A stretch of DNA of 62,886 nt from an uncultured bacterium (GCA_963978265.1 CAXBQV010000001.1:1-62886), one strand, 5' to 3'. Positions 34,464-43,890 are shown, counted from the stretch's first letter. The notes: generated by a model from the letters alone, not told the origin. Translations and numbers: made by a program.

Positions 34464-35849
34464 ATGGCGTCAACGAGCCCCGGCTATTCGATCATCCTGC
34501 GCGTGCACGTCACGCCGGCCCTGCATGCAAGTGGCGCAGTTGTTTCGGCCATCGCCAAAGCCGGTGCCGTCGTCACCGCTCTCGACATGGTGGATCCGAC
34601 GCCGGGACATGTCACGCTTGATATCTCGTGCGACGCCGTCGACGCCGAACACGTCAACAGCATCCGGTCATCGCTCGAAGCACTGGAGGGTTGCACGGTC
34701 GACAAGGTGTCGGACCGCACGTTCCTCACCCACATCGGTGGCAAGATCGAAGTCGCGGTGAAGGTGCCCATGCGCAACCGCGACGACCTCGCTCGCGCGT
34801 ACACCCCGGGCGTCGCGCGCGTCTCGATGGCGATCGCCAAGAACCCCGATGTCGTGCGCAACCTCACCATCAAACGCAATACGGTCGCCGTCGTCACCGA
34901 CGGTTCGGCCGTCCTGGGCCTCGGCAACATCGGTCCGGAAGCCGCCATGCCGGTGATGGAGGGCAAGGCTGCGCTGTTCAAGCGCTTCGCGAATGTCGAC
35001 GCCTGGCCGATCTGCCTCGCGACGAACGACGTCGACGAAATCGTCCGCGCAGTCGAACTCATCGCGCCCGGCTTCGGCGGCATCAATCTCGAGGACATCA
35101 GCGCGCCTCGCTGCTTCGAGGTCGAGAAGAAGCTGCGCGACCGTTTGGATATCCCGGTCTTCCACGACGACCAGCACGGCACCGGCATCGTGGTGGTTGC
35201 GGCCCTCCGCAACGCGCTGCGGCTCGTGCAGAAGGACATCGGCGATCTCAAGATCATCATGTCCGGCGCAGGAGCTGCCGGCTCGGCTGTTGCGAACCTG
35301 CTCCATCTCGCCGGCGCCACCGACATCACGATGTTCGACATCAACGGCGCGATCCATCGCGGCCGCGCTGACCTCGAACCGCATCACCAACGGATGCTCG
35401 AATGGGCGAATCCGCGGAACGTGACAAGCAACCTCAGGGAAGCGTTGCAGGGCGCTGATGTCTTCATCGGTCTCAGCGCGCCGAATCTGCTGACCGGCGA
35501 CGACATCGCCACCATGGCGGAAGGCGCCATCGTGTTCGCGCTCGCAAATCCGGATCCGGAGGTCGACGCGCTCGAGGCGGCGAAACATGCGGCCGTCGTC
35601 GCGACCGGTCGCAGCGATTTCCCGAACCAGATCAACAACGTGCTGGCATTCCCCGGCATCTTCCGCGGGCTCCTCGACGCAAACGCCCACAAGATCACGA
35701 ACGAGGTGCTGCTCGCGGCCGCCGATGCGATCGCGTCATGCGTCGGTGATCACGAACTCAATGCCGTGTACATCGTGCCGAGCGTGTTCCATCCGGAACT
35801 CGGTCAGAAGGTTGCGGCGGCAGTGGCACAGGCAGTGCCGAAGAACTAG
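34464..35849 (+). CDS. NAD(P)-dependent malic enzyme with N-terminal ACT-like domain
   Basis: A ~70-aa ACT-like N-terminus (IILRVHVTPALHASGAVVSAIAKAGAVVTALDM) is followed by a small-type malic enzyme (DLARAYTPGVA, GINLEDISAP, VFHDDQHGT). TAACTT hexamer 6 nt before the ATG, no SD. Confidence 0.9.
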   Translation: MASTSPGYSIILRVHVTPALHASGAVVSAIAKAGAVVTALDMVDPTPGHVTLDISCDAVDAEHVNSIRSSLEALEGCTVDKVSDRTFLTHIGGKIEVAVKVPMRNRDDLARAYTPGVARVSMAIAKNPDVVRNLTIKRNTVAVVTDGSAVLGLGNIGPEAAMPVMEGKAALFKRFANVDAWPICLATNDVDEIVRAVELIAPGFGGINLEDISAPRCFEVEKKLRDRLDIPVFHDDQHGTGIVVVAALRNALRLVQKDIGDLKIIMSGAGAAGSAVANLLHLAGATDITMFDINGAIHRGRADLEPHHQRMLEWANPRNVTSNLREALQGADVFIGLSAPNLLTGDDIATMAEGAIVFALANPDPEVDALEAAKHAAVVATGRSDFPNQINNVLAFPGIFRGLLDANAHKITNEVLLAAADAIASCVGDHELNAVYIVPSVFHPELGQKVAAAVAQAVPKN

Positions 35850-35868
35850 TTGTTCGAGAACTCGCTGC

Positions 35869-36582
35869 TCAGAGATCCGCGAGGGTCGCGATCCGGTAGC
35901 GCGCCCACTGCGGGGTGTCGCCGGGCTGACCCCGATGCTTGCCCCAGAGGAACGTCGCCGGGTTCGTCGGGAAATCGTTCTTCCGAACTTCGATGTGCAG
36001 ATGCGTGCCGGTGGTCCGACCGCTGTTCCCGACGCGACCGATCGTCTTGCCGCTGTAGACCTTGTCACCGACCTTCACATACGTCTTCGACATGTGCGCG
36101 TACCAGATGTCGACGCCCTGGCCACGCACGACGACGATCCGTCCATACGCGCGGTCGTAGGTCGATCTGATGACGACACCCTTGACGATGGCACGCACCC
36201 GGTCGCCGTAGTGCGCACGAATATCCATACCGGTGTGACGATTCCACCAGTGGCCGCGGGATCCGAAACCAGCGGTGATACGGCCGTAGGCCGGCAGTGT
36301 CATGCGGAACATGGTTCGAGAGGCCCGGTTCGCAGCCGCTTTGCGTTCGAGGAGTGCGGACTTCTTGACGGCCGCAACGGTCTCGGCGGTCACGCGCGCG
36401 GCGACGACTTCGGACTGGCCCGGAATGAGTGTCGAAAGTTGCTCGGGGAGGGACGCCGGCTTGGCTGCGACCGCGCGCAATTCGACAGCGCGATCGGTCT
36501 TGTTCTCCGCCGCGAATGCCGGGGAAAGCGACAGCGTGGCACTCACGATGAGTGCCACGGCTGCGCGGATGAACCGCCGCAC
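35869..36582 (-). CDS. Secreted M23 family metallopeptidase
   Basis: GTG start at 36582 (VRRFIRAAVALIVSATLSLSPAFAAE signal peptide), 2 nt after the upstream stop. HTGMDI (HxxxD) and GTHLHIEV (HxH) zinc motifs. Confidence 0.8.
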   Translation of the reverse strand: MRRFIRAAVALIVSATLSLSPAFAAENKTDRAVELRAVAAKPASLPEQLSTLIPGQSEVVAARVTAETVAAVKKSALLERKAAANRASRTMFRMTLPAYGRITAGFGSRGHWWNRHTGMDIRAHYGDRVRAIVKGVVIRSTYDRAYGRIVVVRGQGVDIWYAHMSKTYVKVGDKVYSGKTIGRVGNSGRTTGTHLHIEVRKNDFPTNPATFLWGKHRGQPGDTPQWARYRIATLADL

Positions 36583-36584
36583 GC

Positions 36585-37178
36585 CTAGTACCAGCCCTTG
36601 CGGCTCGAGTGCTTCCATGCAGCACACGGTGAGCCGTAGCGGTAGTTGATATAGCGGGCACCGGCCTGGACCTGGAGCTCGGGCGCGCGCATGTAGTCCT
36701 GCACGGTCAGCCCGAGCGAGGTGACGACCTGCTTCGTGGCTTGCGGAATGCCGTACCACTTCTTGTTCTTGGAGACGGCGCTGTAACGCCAGTTGCTCTC
36801 CTTGGTCCAGAGACTCACGAGGCAACCAAACTGCTTGTCGTCCCAGTTGTAAACCCTTGTGATGTGCTCGAAGGCGTACCACTTGGCGTAGGCCGGGGTG
36901 CCGTAGCGGAGTGTGGAGAAGGAGCGGGTGGCACGGATCGCCGAGGCGGTGCGGCCCCAGAAGTCGGCCTTGACGGCCTCCTGCTCGACGGTCGGGAGGG
37001 TCTGCAGGATCCGCTGCAGGTCGGTCGGCTGCTGCGCCGTCTCGACGAGAAGTGCGCGGGGATCCGACGTCAGTTCGTCGGCTGCCCAGGCGTTGCTGGT
37101 CGGCGAAATGGCCACGGCGGCTGCCGCGACGAGTGCGCTCGCGAGGGCCTTGGCGGCCCGGCTGGTGACTCGAGTCAT
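36585..37178 (-). CDS. Secreted lytic-transglycosylase-like protein (SLT / Apf C-terminal-like domain)
   Basis: Signal peptide MTRVTSRAAKALASALVAAAAVAISPTSNAWA. C-terminal FGCLVSLWTKESNWRYSAVS...WYGIPQA...YGSPCAAWKHSSRKGWY resembles the ES-GIPQ-...GSPC..W....GWY muramidase-like domain. Confidence 0.65.
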   Translation of the reverse strand: MTRVTSRAAKALASALVAAAAVAISPTSNAWAADELTSDPRALLVETAQQPTDLQRILQTLPTVEQEAVKADFWGRTASAIRATRSFSTLRYGTPAYAKWYAFEHITRVYNWDDKQFGCLVSLWTKESNWRYSAVSKNKKWYGIPQATKQVVTSLGLTVQDYMRAPELQVQAGARYINYRYGSPCAAWKHSSRKGWY

Positions 37179-37199
37179 GGGGGTAACGTGCCGACCCCT

Positions 37200-37400
37200 A
37201 CCTGTGGATAACAAGTCAGGAAGGGGTGTGTTTTCCCCAGATCCGTGAGAGGTCGGGTGCCCCACACAGGGAATTCGGGCAGATGCGAGTGACCCTTGTC
37301 ACAAAGATTTCTGACGCTCGAAAGTCGACTTTTGGACCCCGTGGAGCGGGCTCCGTTGGCAGCGGCACGCCGATGCCCATCGCACCATCGGATCGTGCTA
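37200..37400 (-). ncRNA. Structured 5' leader; candidate cyclic-di-AMP (ydaO-yuaA class) riboswitch
   Basis: The 244-nt non-coding gap upstream of the cell-wall hydrolase pair carries, on the minus strand, GGAGCC..ACGGGGUCCAAA (37331-37342), a GUGAC-AAGG-GUCAC hairpin, and GCCCGAAUUCC (37270-37280) followed by ..GACCUCUCACGG. These resemble the ydaO blocks ACGGGGACCCA / CCCGAAUCC / ACCUCGUAAGC. The match is partial, by eye only. Confidence 0.35.
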
Positions 37401-37422
37401 CCCGAACGCGAACGGCACCGGG

Positions 37423-38769
37423 CTAGACCCCGACGTCCTCGAGCATCTCCGTCACAAGCGCCGCAATCGGCGAACGCTCCGAACGGGTGAGCGTCACATG
37501 TGCGAACAGCGGGTGCCCCTTGAGTTTCTCGACGACCGCGACGACGCCGTCATGACGCCCCACCCGGAGGTTGTCACGCTGGGCGACATCGTGGGTCAGT
37601 ACGACGCGGGAGTTCTTCCCGATCCGGGAGAGCACGGTGAGCAGCACATTTCGCTCCAGCGACTGAGCCTCGTCGACGATGACAAAGGCATCATGGAGCG
37701 AGCGGCCGCGGATGTGGGTCAGCGGCAACACCTCGAGCATGTCCCGCTCGACCACTTCCTCGACGACATGGGGTGACGCCACCGCGCCGAGTGTGTCGTA
37801 GACGGCCTGGCCCCAGGGGTTCATCTTCTCGGCCTCGGTTCCGGGCAGGAAGCCGAGTTCTTGGCCGCCGACGGCGTAGAGCGGGCGGAACACGATCACC
37901 TTCTGGTGCTCGCGACGTTCCATCACCGCTTCCAGGCCCGCACAGATCGCGAGTGCACTCTTGCCGGTTCCGGCCCGCCCACCGAGCGAAACAATTCCGA
38001 CCTCCGGATCGAGCAGGAGATCGAGTGCGACGCGCTGCTCTGCGCTTCGGCCGTGGATGCCGAACGCCTCGCGATCGCCGCGCACCAGCTTCACCTGCTT
38101 GCCCGGCGTGACCCGACCGAGTACCGATTGACGGCCGCTGTAGAGCACGAGGCCGGTGTGACAGGGCAACTCACGTGCACTGTCGAGATCGATGACGTGA
38201 TCTTCGTACAACTGGTTGATCGTCGCAGAGTCGACGTACAGCTCCTGCATACCGGTCCATCCGGTGTTCTGCACCAACTCGTGGCGGTATTCCTCGGCAT
38301 TGATGCCGCATGATGACGCCTTCACTCGCATCGGCAAGTCCTTCGACACAAGCGTGACTTCGCAACCTTCGTTCGCGAGATTGCGCGCAACCGCAAGAAT
38401 GCGGGTGTCGTTGTCACCGAGACGGAAGCCAGCGGGCAGCACCTCGGCATTGATGTGATTGAGCTCGACGCGGATGGTTCCACCGTCTTCGCCGATCGGC
38501 AGCGGCGCGTCGAGTCGACCGTGCTTCGTCCGCAGGTCGTCGAGGAATCGCAGTGCCTGCCGCGCGAAGTAGCCGAGTTCGGGATGCGTGCGTTTGGCTT
38601 CGAGTTCGGTCAGGACCACCACCGGGAGTACCACCTCGTGCTCTGCAAAGCGCGTGAGCGCGAGCGGATCGGACAGCAGTACCGAGGTGTCGACGACGAA
38701 GGTGCGGGGCTTCGCACGCGACTTCGACTTGGATTTTCCTGACGGCTTCGTAGTCGTCGTACGCGGCAT
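37423..38769 (-). CDS. phoH2: PhoH2: PIN-domain RNase fused to PhoH-like ATPase
   Basis: Start [14 protein letters not shown]... at 38769. PIN region [12 protein letters not shown]...LTELE...[10 protein letters not shown]; PhoH P-loop [17 protein letters not shown] Walker B. Confidence 0.85.
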   Translation of the reverse strand: MPRTTTTKPSGKSKSKSRAKPRTFVVDTSVLLSDPLALTRFAEHEVVLPVVVLTELEAKRTHPELGYFARQALRFLDDLRTKHGRLDAPLPIGEDGGTIRVELNHINAEVLPAGFRLGDNDTRILAVARNLANEGCEVTLVSKDLPMRVKASSCGINAEEYRHELVQNTGWTGMQELYVDSATINQLYEDHVIDLDSARELPCHTGLVLYSGRQSVLGRVTPGKQVKLVRGDREAFGIHGRSAEQRVALDLLLDPEVGIVSLGGRAGTGKSALAICAGLEAVMERREHQKVIVFRPLYAVGGQELGFLPGTEAEKMNPWGQAVYDTLGAVASPHVVEEVVERDMLEVLPLTHIRGRSLHDAFVIVDEAQSLERNVLLTVLSRIGKNSRVVLTHDVAQRDNLRVGRHDGVVAVVEKLKGHPLFAHVTLTRSERSPIAALVTEMLEDVGV

Positions 38770-38960
38770 CGAGTGCACTCCGCTTTGCCTGGCGATCGGG
38801 AGAAGGTCGGCGGTACCGAACGGTGATCGCGTACGCATCAAGGTAAACCTGCACTCGAGACTTCATGCGCGACACGCCGGAGCGCGGGGGTCGGGTGACC
38901 CAAGCGTTACGCGTGCAGGACCCCGTCGGTCATGGCCGGTGTCGAGCACCGTGCGAGGCG

Positions 38961-39755
38961 TCAGCCGCCGAGTCGCCGATCCCGTTTCGAGAAATCGCGC
39001 AGTGCGCGTAGCAGGTCCACTTTGCGGAAGTCGGGCCAGTACACATCGCCGAACCAGAATTCGCTCTTCGCACTCTGCCACAGCAGGAAACCGCCGAGCC
39101 GCTGCTCTCCCGATGTCCGGATGACGAGATCGGGATCGGGCTGCCCTTTCGTATAGAGATGCGCCGCGATGTGTTCGTCTGTGAGTTGCTCGGCGAGTTC
39201 GGAGATCGGCGTGCCGAGACGCTCGTGTTCCTGGAGCAGCGCGCGCACGGCATCCACGACTTCACGACGACCGCCGTACGCCACCGCCATGTTCACCTGC
39301 ATGCCGACGCGGGACTTCGATGCCTCGACCGCCCGCTCAAGCGCATCGCGCGTGGATGCCGGCAACAACTCGGGTGCACCGACGAGGTTGATTCGCCATT
39401 TCGGATGGCGCACGAGTTCGTCGGCAGTGCGTTCGATGGTGCGCAGGAGCGGAATCAACTCGCTTTGCTCGCGCTTCACGAGGTTGTCGGTGGAGAGTAG
39501 CCAGAGCGTCACGATCTCGACGCCCTCCGCTGCGCACCACTCGAGCACTTCTCCGACCTTCTCGCCGCCTGCACGGTGCCCGCGTGACACCGCCATGTCG
39601 CGTTCGTGCGCCCACCGGCGATTGCCGTCGAGAATGATCGCGACGTGCTTCGGCTTGGGGAGCGGTCGCAGTTTGCGCTCGAGGTAATCCACGTAGATGC
39701 CCTCGAGGAGATGGCGGGCGGCGGCGCGGATCGCCATTCGTATGCGCCGCTTCAT
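38961..39755 (-). CDS. uppS: cis-Isoprenyl diphosphate synthase (UppS family; Rv1086/Z-FPP-synthase-like)
   Basis: HVAIILDGNRRWA, ...IRTSGEQRLGGFLLWQSAKSEF. The start ATG shares one nt with the upstream lysE TGA. The 89-aa extension in the track is a shadow. Confidence 0.85.
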   Translation of the reverse strand: MKRRIRMAIRAAARHLLEGIYVDYLERKLRPLPKPKHVAIILDGNRRWAHERDMAVSRGHRAGGEKVGEVLEWCAAEGVEIVTLWLLSTDNLVKREQSELIPLLRTIERTADELVRHPKWRINLVGAPELLPASTRDALERAVEASKSRVGMQVNMAVAYGGRREVVDAVRALLQEHERLGTPISELAEQLTDEHIAAHLYTKGQPDPDLVIRTSGEQRLGGFLLWQSAKSEFWFGDVYWPDFRKVDLLRALRDFSKRDRRLGG

Positions 39756-40396
39756 CACCACAACGGCAATGCTAGTTTGGCGAGCGCACGGAATACGAAG
39801 GATGCGGCGAGTCCAAATTGCAGGAGCCCGGTGAAGACGAGCAATCCGCTGTAGCCCCGGTCGGAAATGCGCGAACGTCCGGCATGCACCGCGCCCGCGA
39901 GCAGCACCTTCCCGCCGACGAGCAGGAGGTAGAACGGGACGAGGAACGCCGCGACGAATTGCGGTCCATCCATCCACGCACTCCGCGTGAGTGGGGCACC
40001 GACACTGATCCAGAACATCCACGGATTCGGGTTGAGGAAGTTCACCACGATTCCCTGCCGCAGTGTGCGGCCGCTGTTCATCGATCCAGCGGCGTTCGCC
40101 GAGAGTTCGGAGAAGCGCGTGCTACGCGAATCGCGAATGGTGGCGACACCGTGCTGTACAAGGACCGCGGCTCCAGCAAGCGAGAGCACACGCAATGCAG
40201 AATGCGGCAACTGGGAAACGACGGTCACCGTGAGCAGCACGATCGGAAGGTCGGTGAGCAGCGGTGCGATGGACACAAGCAGTCCGTGTCGGAAGCCGCC
40301 GCGGAGCGTCGCGGAGAGCACGAGTGCGAGGAGCGGTCCGGGTGCGAGCCCACCACTGAATCCGAGCGCAAGGCCCTGCAGCAGATATGCGTTCAT
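39755..40396 (-). CDS. LysE/RhtB-family amino-acid (or small metabolite) exporter
   Basis: 213 aa, 6 TM segments, N-terminal GLAPGPLLALV motif. Confidence 0.8.
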   Translation of the reverse strand: MNAYLLQGLALGFSGGLAPGPLLALVLSATLRGGFRHGLLVSIAPLLTDLPIVLLTVTVVSQLPHSALRVLSLAGAAVLVQHGVATIRDSRSTRFSELSANAAGSMNSGRTLRQGIVVNFLNPNPWMFWISVGAPLTRSAWMDGPQFVAAFLVPFYLLLVGGKVLLAGAVHAGRSRISDRGYSGLLVFTGLLQFGLAASFVFRALAKLALPLW

Positions 40397-41037
40397 CCGA
40401 GGAGCAACTCCTGCAGATCGCGAAGCGTCGGCGTGATGAAGTGGGCATCCCGCATCTCCGACGCATCGTGCGTCGTGACGACCGCACAGACCGTTGCCCC
40501 TGCAGCGAGCCCACCGGTGATGCCGGCCGGCGCATCCTCGACGACGACGGTCGTCGATGCATCAACACCGAGCAACTCAGCCGCTGTGAGGAACGGATCG
40601 GGTGCGGGCTTGCCACGGTCGTACATCTCGGCCACAACGAAAACCTTCGGGCGCGGGATGCCGGCGGCTGCATGGCGCGCCTCCGCGAGTTCGCCCTGGC
40701 ATGACGTCGCGATTGCCCAAGGAACGTTCGCGGCTTCCAGTGCCGCAATGAGATCGAAAACACCGTCGATCGGCACGATGCCTTTAGTGTCCTCGACTTC
40801 GAGGCGCATATGGAATCGGTTCCATTCGATGACGTCGTCGGCGCTGAGGTCGGGCCTGCACGCGGCGATCGTCGGGATCGACGGCACCCCGTGCGCAAAC
40901 GGTGCACGCGCACGGTCCACGCCCAGCGCTTCGGCGAGCTTGTCCCAGCAGCGCTCGACACTGCCTGTGGAATCGAGCAACGTGCCATCCATATCGAAGA
41001 TGACGGCGCGAATGCTCCGCTCGGCGATCAATCCCAC
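40393..41037 (-). CDS. HAD-IA family hydrolase/phosphatase
   Basis: GTG start. Motif I FDMDGTLLDS, motif II ATS, motif III/IV K...EDAPAG. Confidence 0.8.
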   Translation of the reverse strand: MGLIAERSIRAVIFDMDGTLLDSTGSVERCWDKLAEALGVDRARAPFAHGVPSIPTIAACRPDLSADDVIEWNRFHMRLEVEDTKGIVPIDGVFDLIAALEAANVPWAIATSCQGELAEARHAAAGIPRPKVFVVAEMYDRGKPAPDPFLTAAELLGVDASTTVVVEDAPAGITGGLAAGATVCAVVTTHDASEMRDAHFITPTLRDLQELLLG

Positions 41038-41046
41038 GACGGCAGG

Positions 41047-43218
41047 CTAGTCGTGGGCGAGACCGAGCCTCGCATGCAGTCGGGCAAGCGGTGCCGGCGC
41101 CCACCAGTTCCAGCGTCCCGCGATCCGCATCAACGCCGGCACGAGGAGCGCGCGAACGATGCTTGCGTCGAGGAGGATGGCGAAGGCGATGCCGAATCCC
41201 ATCAGCTTCATCGATGAAACCCCGGATGTGATGAACGCCGCGAAGACCACCGCGAGGATCCATGCCGCAGCGGTGATGATGCGGCCCGATCGCTGCAAAC
41301 CGAGTGCGACCGCCCGTTCAGTGTCCTCGCCTGCGTCGTGGAGCTCCTTGATCCGCGAGAGCAAGAACAGTTCGTAGTCCATCGACAAGCCGAACACGAT
41401 GACGACGATGAGAACGAGTTGCGATGTGTCGAGGACGCCGCGCACAGTGAATCCACCGAGCAGACCGTTCAGATGCCCGTCTTGGAAGACCAACTTCAAG
41501 ACGCCGAACGTTGCACCAAGGCTCAGCACGTTCAGAATGACGGCCTTGATGGGCAGCAGGACACTGCCGGTGAAGAGGAACAGCAGCAGCAACGTTGCGA
41601 TGGCAATCCACAACATTGCGTGGGGAACGTTGTCGAGCACACCGTTCTGCGAGTCCGTGTACTGCGCAGCGGCTCCGCCGATCACGGTGCCATCTGTCGG
41701 CGGCGAGATTGCCCGCAATGCCACGGTGACTGCCTCTCCATCGGCGCTTCGCGAGTCGACGTCGATGATCGCCTGCAGTCGCACGTCATTGCCAGCGACG
41801 AATCCAGCGCCTTGCGGATTCGGCGCGACGACATTGCCGTCGACAACCACACTGTCGGACGTCACGACACGGACGACATGCTCGACCTGCGACAACGCCT
41901 TCGCATACGACACGATGTCCGCCGACTTGCCACCCGGAACGATGATTTCGATCGGCGACGACTCGCGGCCTTCGAATCGATCTCGAATGACCTGTCCGGC
42001 AACAGCGACCTTGTTCGTCGCAGGCAGGACGCGCTCGTCAGGCTGCCCCGTCTTGATGCCGAGTGCCGGGGTGAACAGCACGCCAAGGACTGCGATCGTG
42101 AGCATCGCAACCGTCCACGGCGCGCGCATCACGGTCCGCGCGATCCGGTTCCACATGCCGTGGTCGCCTGCCGGTTTCGCGAGCACGGCGAGCACCTTTC
42201 CGCGGTCGACACGATGGCCGAGCAGTGCGAGGAGCGCGGGTAGCGGCACGATGGCACCGACCACTGCAAGGAGCACGACCGCGACACCGGACCAGGCGAA
42301 GGTCTGCAGGAAGTACAGCGGGAACAACGAGAGGGAACCGAGGGTCAGCGCAACGGTCAGGCCCGAGAACACGACGGTCCGCCCGGCAGTTTCCACCGTC
42401 CGCACAACGGCGTCCTCGGTTGTGTCGCCTGCGTCGAGTTCCTCACGGAACCGGTTGACGATGAGCAGGGCGTAGTCGATGCCGAGACCGAGACCGAGGC
42501 CGGTGAGGATGTTGAGGCCGAACACCGAGACATCAGTGAAGAAGTGCACGACCCACAACACGAACAGGCCACCGGGAATCGCAAACAGCGCCACGATGAA
42601 GGGGGTCAACGACGCGATGAAGGAACCGAACACGAGGATCGTGAGAATGACACTGAGGGGGATCGCAATGGATTCCGCGAACGCGATGTCTTTCGTCACC
42701 GAGCCGTTGATGCCGTTCATGACCGCACCAGGACCTGCGAAGTAGGTGGTCACGCCGAGATCGCCGAGATCGTTCACAGCGCTCTCGATTTCCGCTGCCG
42801 CCTTGTTCCAGCGTTCGAGGTCGTCGCCTTTGAGGTACACGAAGAGGTAGGCGGCCTTGCCGTCTGTGCTCTTCAACTGCGCCGGATTGCCCAGGGACCA
42901 ATATGAGGCGACCTTCGTGACATCTGCGTTCTTCTGGATCTCGGCCGTGATCTTCGCGACAGCCGCGATTGTCGCTGGATCGTCTGCCGACACTGGTGCA
43001 TCGATGACGAGGATCGACCACGGCTCCTCGGCCTTGAAGGTGTCTTTCAGGTAGTTGTAGGCGATCGAGCTGTCGGCGTTCGGATCGTCGTAACCGCCGC
43101 TCGACATCGCAGGGATCACCATGGCACCGAGTGCACCCGAGAGCACGATGAAGAGGGCGGACATTGCCAACGACAACTTGGCGCGATGCGCAACGAAGTG
43201 TCCGAGTCGGTTGAACAC
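41047..43218 (-). CDS. MMPL-family (RND-type) membrane transporter
   Basis: GTG start at 43218 (VFNRLGHFVAHRAKLS; SD GGGAGA). Two 6-TM bundles with two extracytoplasmic loops; 723 aa. Confidence 0.85.
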   Translation of the reverse strand: MFNRLGHFVAHRAKLSLAMSALFIVLSGALGAMVIPAMSSGGYDDPNADSSIAYNYLKDTFKAEEPWSILVIDAPVSADDPATIAAVAKITAEIQKNADVTKVASYWSLGNPAQLKSTDGKAAYLFVYLKGDDLERWNKAAAEIESAVNDLGDLGVTTYFAGPGAVMNGINGSVTKDIAFAESIAIPLSVILTILVFGSFIASLTPFIVALFAIPGGLFVLWVVHFFTDVSVFGLNILTGLGLGLGIDYALLIVNRFREELDAGDTTEDAVVRTVETAGRTVVFSGLTVALTLGSLSLFPLYFLQTFAWSGVAVVLLAVVGAIVPLPALLALLGHRVDRGKVLAVLAKPAGDHGMWNRIARTVMRAPWTVAMLTIAVLGVLFTPALGIKTGQPDERVLPATNKVAVAGQVIRDRFEGRESSPIEIIVPGGKSADIVSYAKALSQVEHVVRVVTSDSVVVDGNVVAPNPQGAGFVAGNDVRLQAIIDVDSRSADGEAVTVALRAISPPTDGTVIGGAAAQYTDSQNGVLDNVPHAMLWIAIATLLLLFLFTGSVLLPIKAVILNVLSLGATFGVLKLVFQDGHLNGLLGGFTVRGVLDTSQLVLIVVIVFGLSMDYELFLLSRIKELHDAGEDTERAVALGLQRSGRIITAAAWILAVVFAAFITSGVSSMKLMGFGIAFAILLDASIVRALLVPALMRIAGRWNWWAPAPLARLHARLGLAHD

Positions 43219-43229
43219 TGTTTCTCCCG

Positions 43230-43871
43230 TCAGGGGCGCGGAGCGGTGATCAACACCAACGCGCCCAGTATGAGCATCACGCATCCACCCACAACTCGCA
43301 TCTGTACGAGTGCGCGGGGATTGCCCGCGAGCCATTCGCGCGCGCTGCCGGCAACGACACCCCATGTGCCGTCGGACAGAACTGCGATGGTCGCGAAGAT
43401 GACGCCCAGCACCATCAACTGGAGCGACACATTACCCGCGTTTGGATCGACGAATTGCGGGAACACTGCCGCGAAGAAGACCAAGGACTTCGGATTGAGG
43501 ATTCCGACGACGAAACCCTCGCGCAGGGTCTTGCTACCCGAAGGTGCCACCGGCCCCTGTTCCACCATGCTCGCAGCGTGCACTTCGCGGTGACGAATTG
43601 CGTCGATGCCCAACCAGACGAGATACATGCCCCCGGCCCATTGCACGAGCGCGTACAGCAACGGCGACCGTTCGAGCAGCGGTCCGAAGCCGAATGCGAT
43701 CAAGGCGGACATGACGAGCATGCCCAGCGCGTTGCCGACGACCGTCATCACCGCGACGAAGCGCCCCCACGCGATCGCGCGGGCAACGGTGAAGAGCACG
43801 CTCGGTCCCGGCACCAGGATGATGAGTGTCGAGGCGATGAGGAACTCGACGAGGTGGTCCGTGGGCGGCAT
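43230..43871 (-). CDS. LysE/RhtB-family exporter
   Basis: 213 aa, LIILVPGPSVLFTVARA motif. No SD. TACCCT hexamer (43878-43883) 6 nt before the ATG, so a leaderless candidate. Confidence 0.8.
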   Translation of the reverse strand: MPPTDHLVEFLIASTLIILVPGPSVLFTVARAIAWGRFVAVMTVVGNALGMLVMSALIAFGFGPLLERSPLLYALVQWAGGMYLVWLGIDAIRHREVHAASMVEQGPVAPSGSKTLREGFVVGILNPKSLVFFAAVFPQFVDPNAGNVSLQLMVLGVIFATIAVLSDGTWGVVAGSAREWLAGNPRALVQMRVVGGCVMLILGALVLITAPRP

Positions 43872-43890
43872 GGCGGGAGGGTACAGCGAC

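Noticed and set aside
38414-38875. 153-aa ORF starting in the gap upstream of phoH2, considered as a phoAT-like antitoxin partner.
   Set aside because: Only ~35 codons lie in the gap; the remainder overlaps phoH2 out of frame for ~350 nt. The sequence has no antitoxin-like fold features that I can recognise. It is most likely a GC shadow. It stays mentioned under the PhoH2 finding as something to test by conservation.
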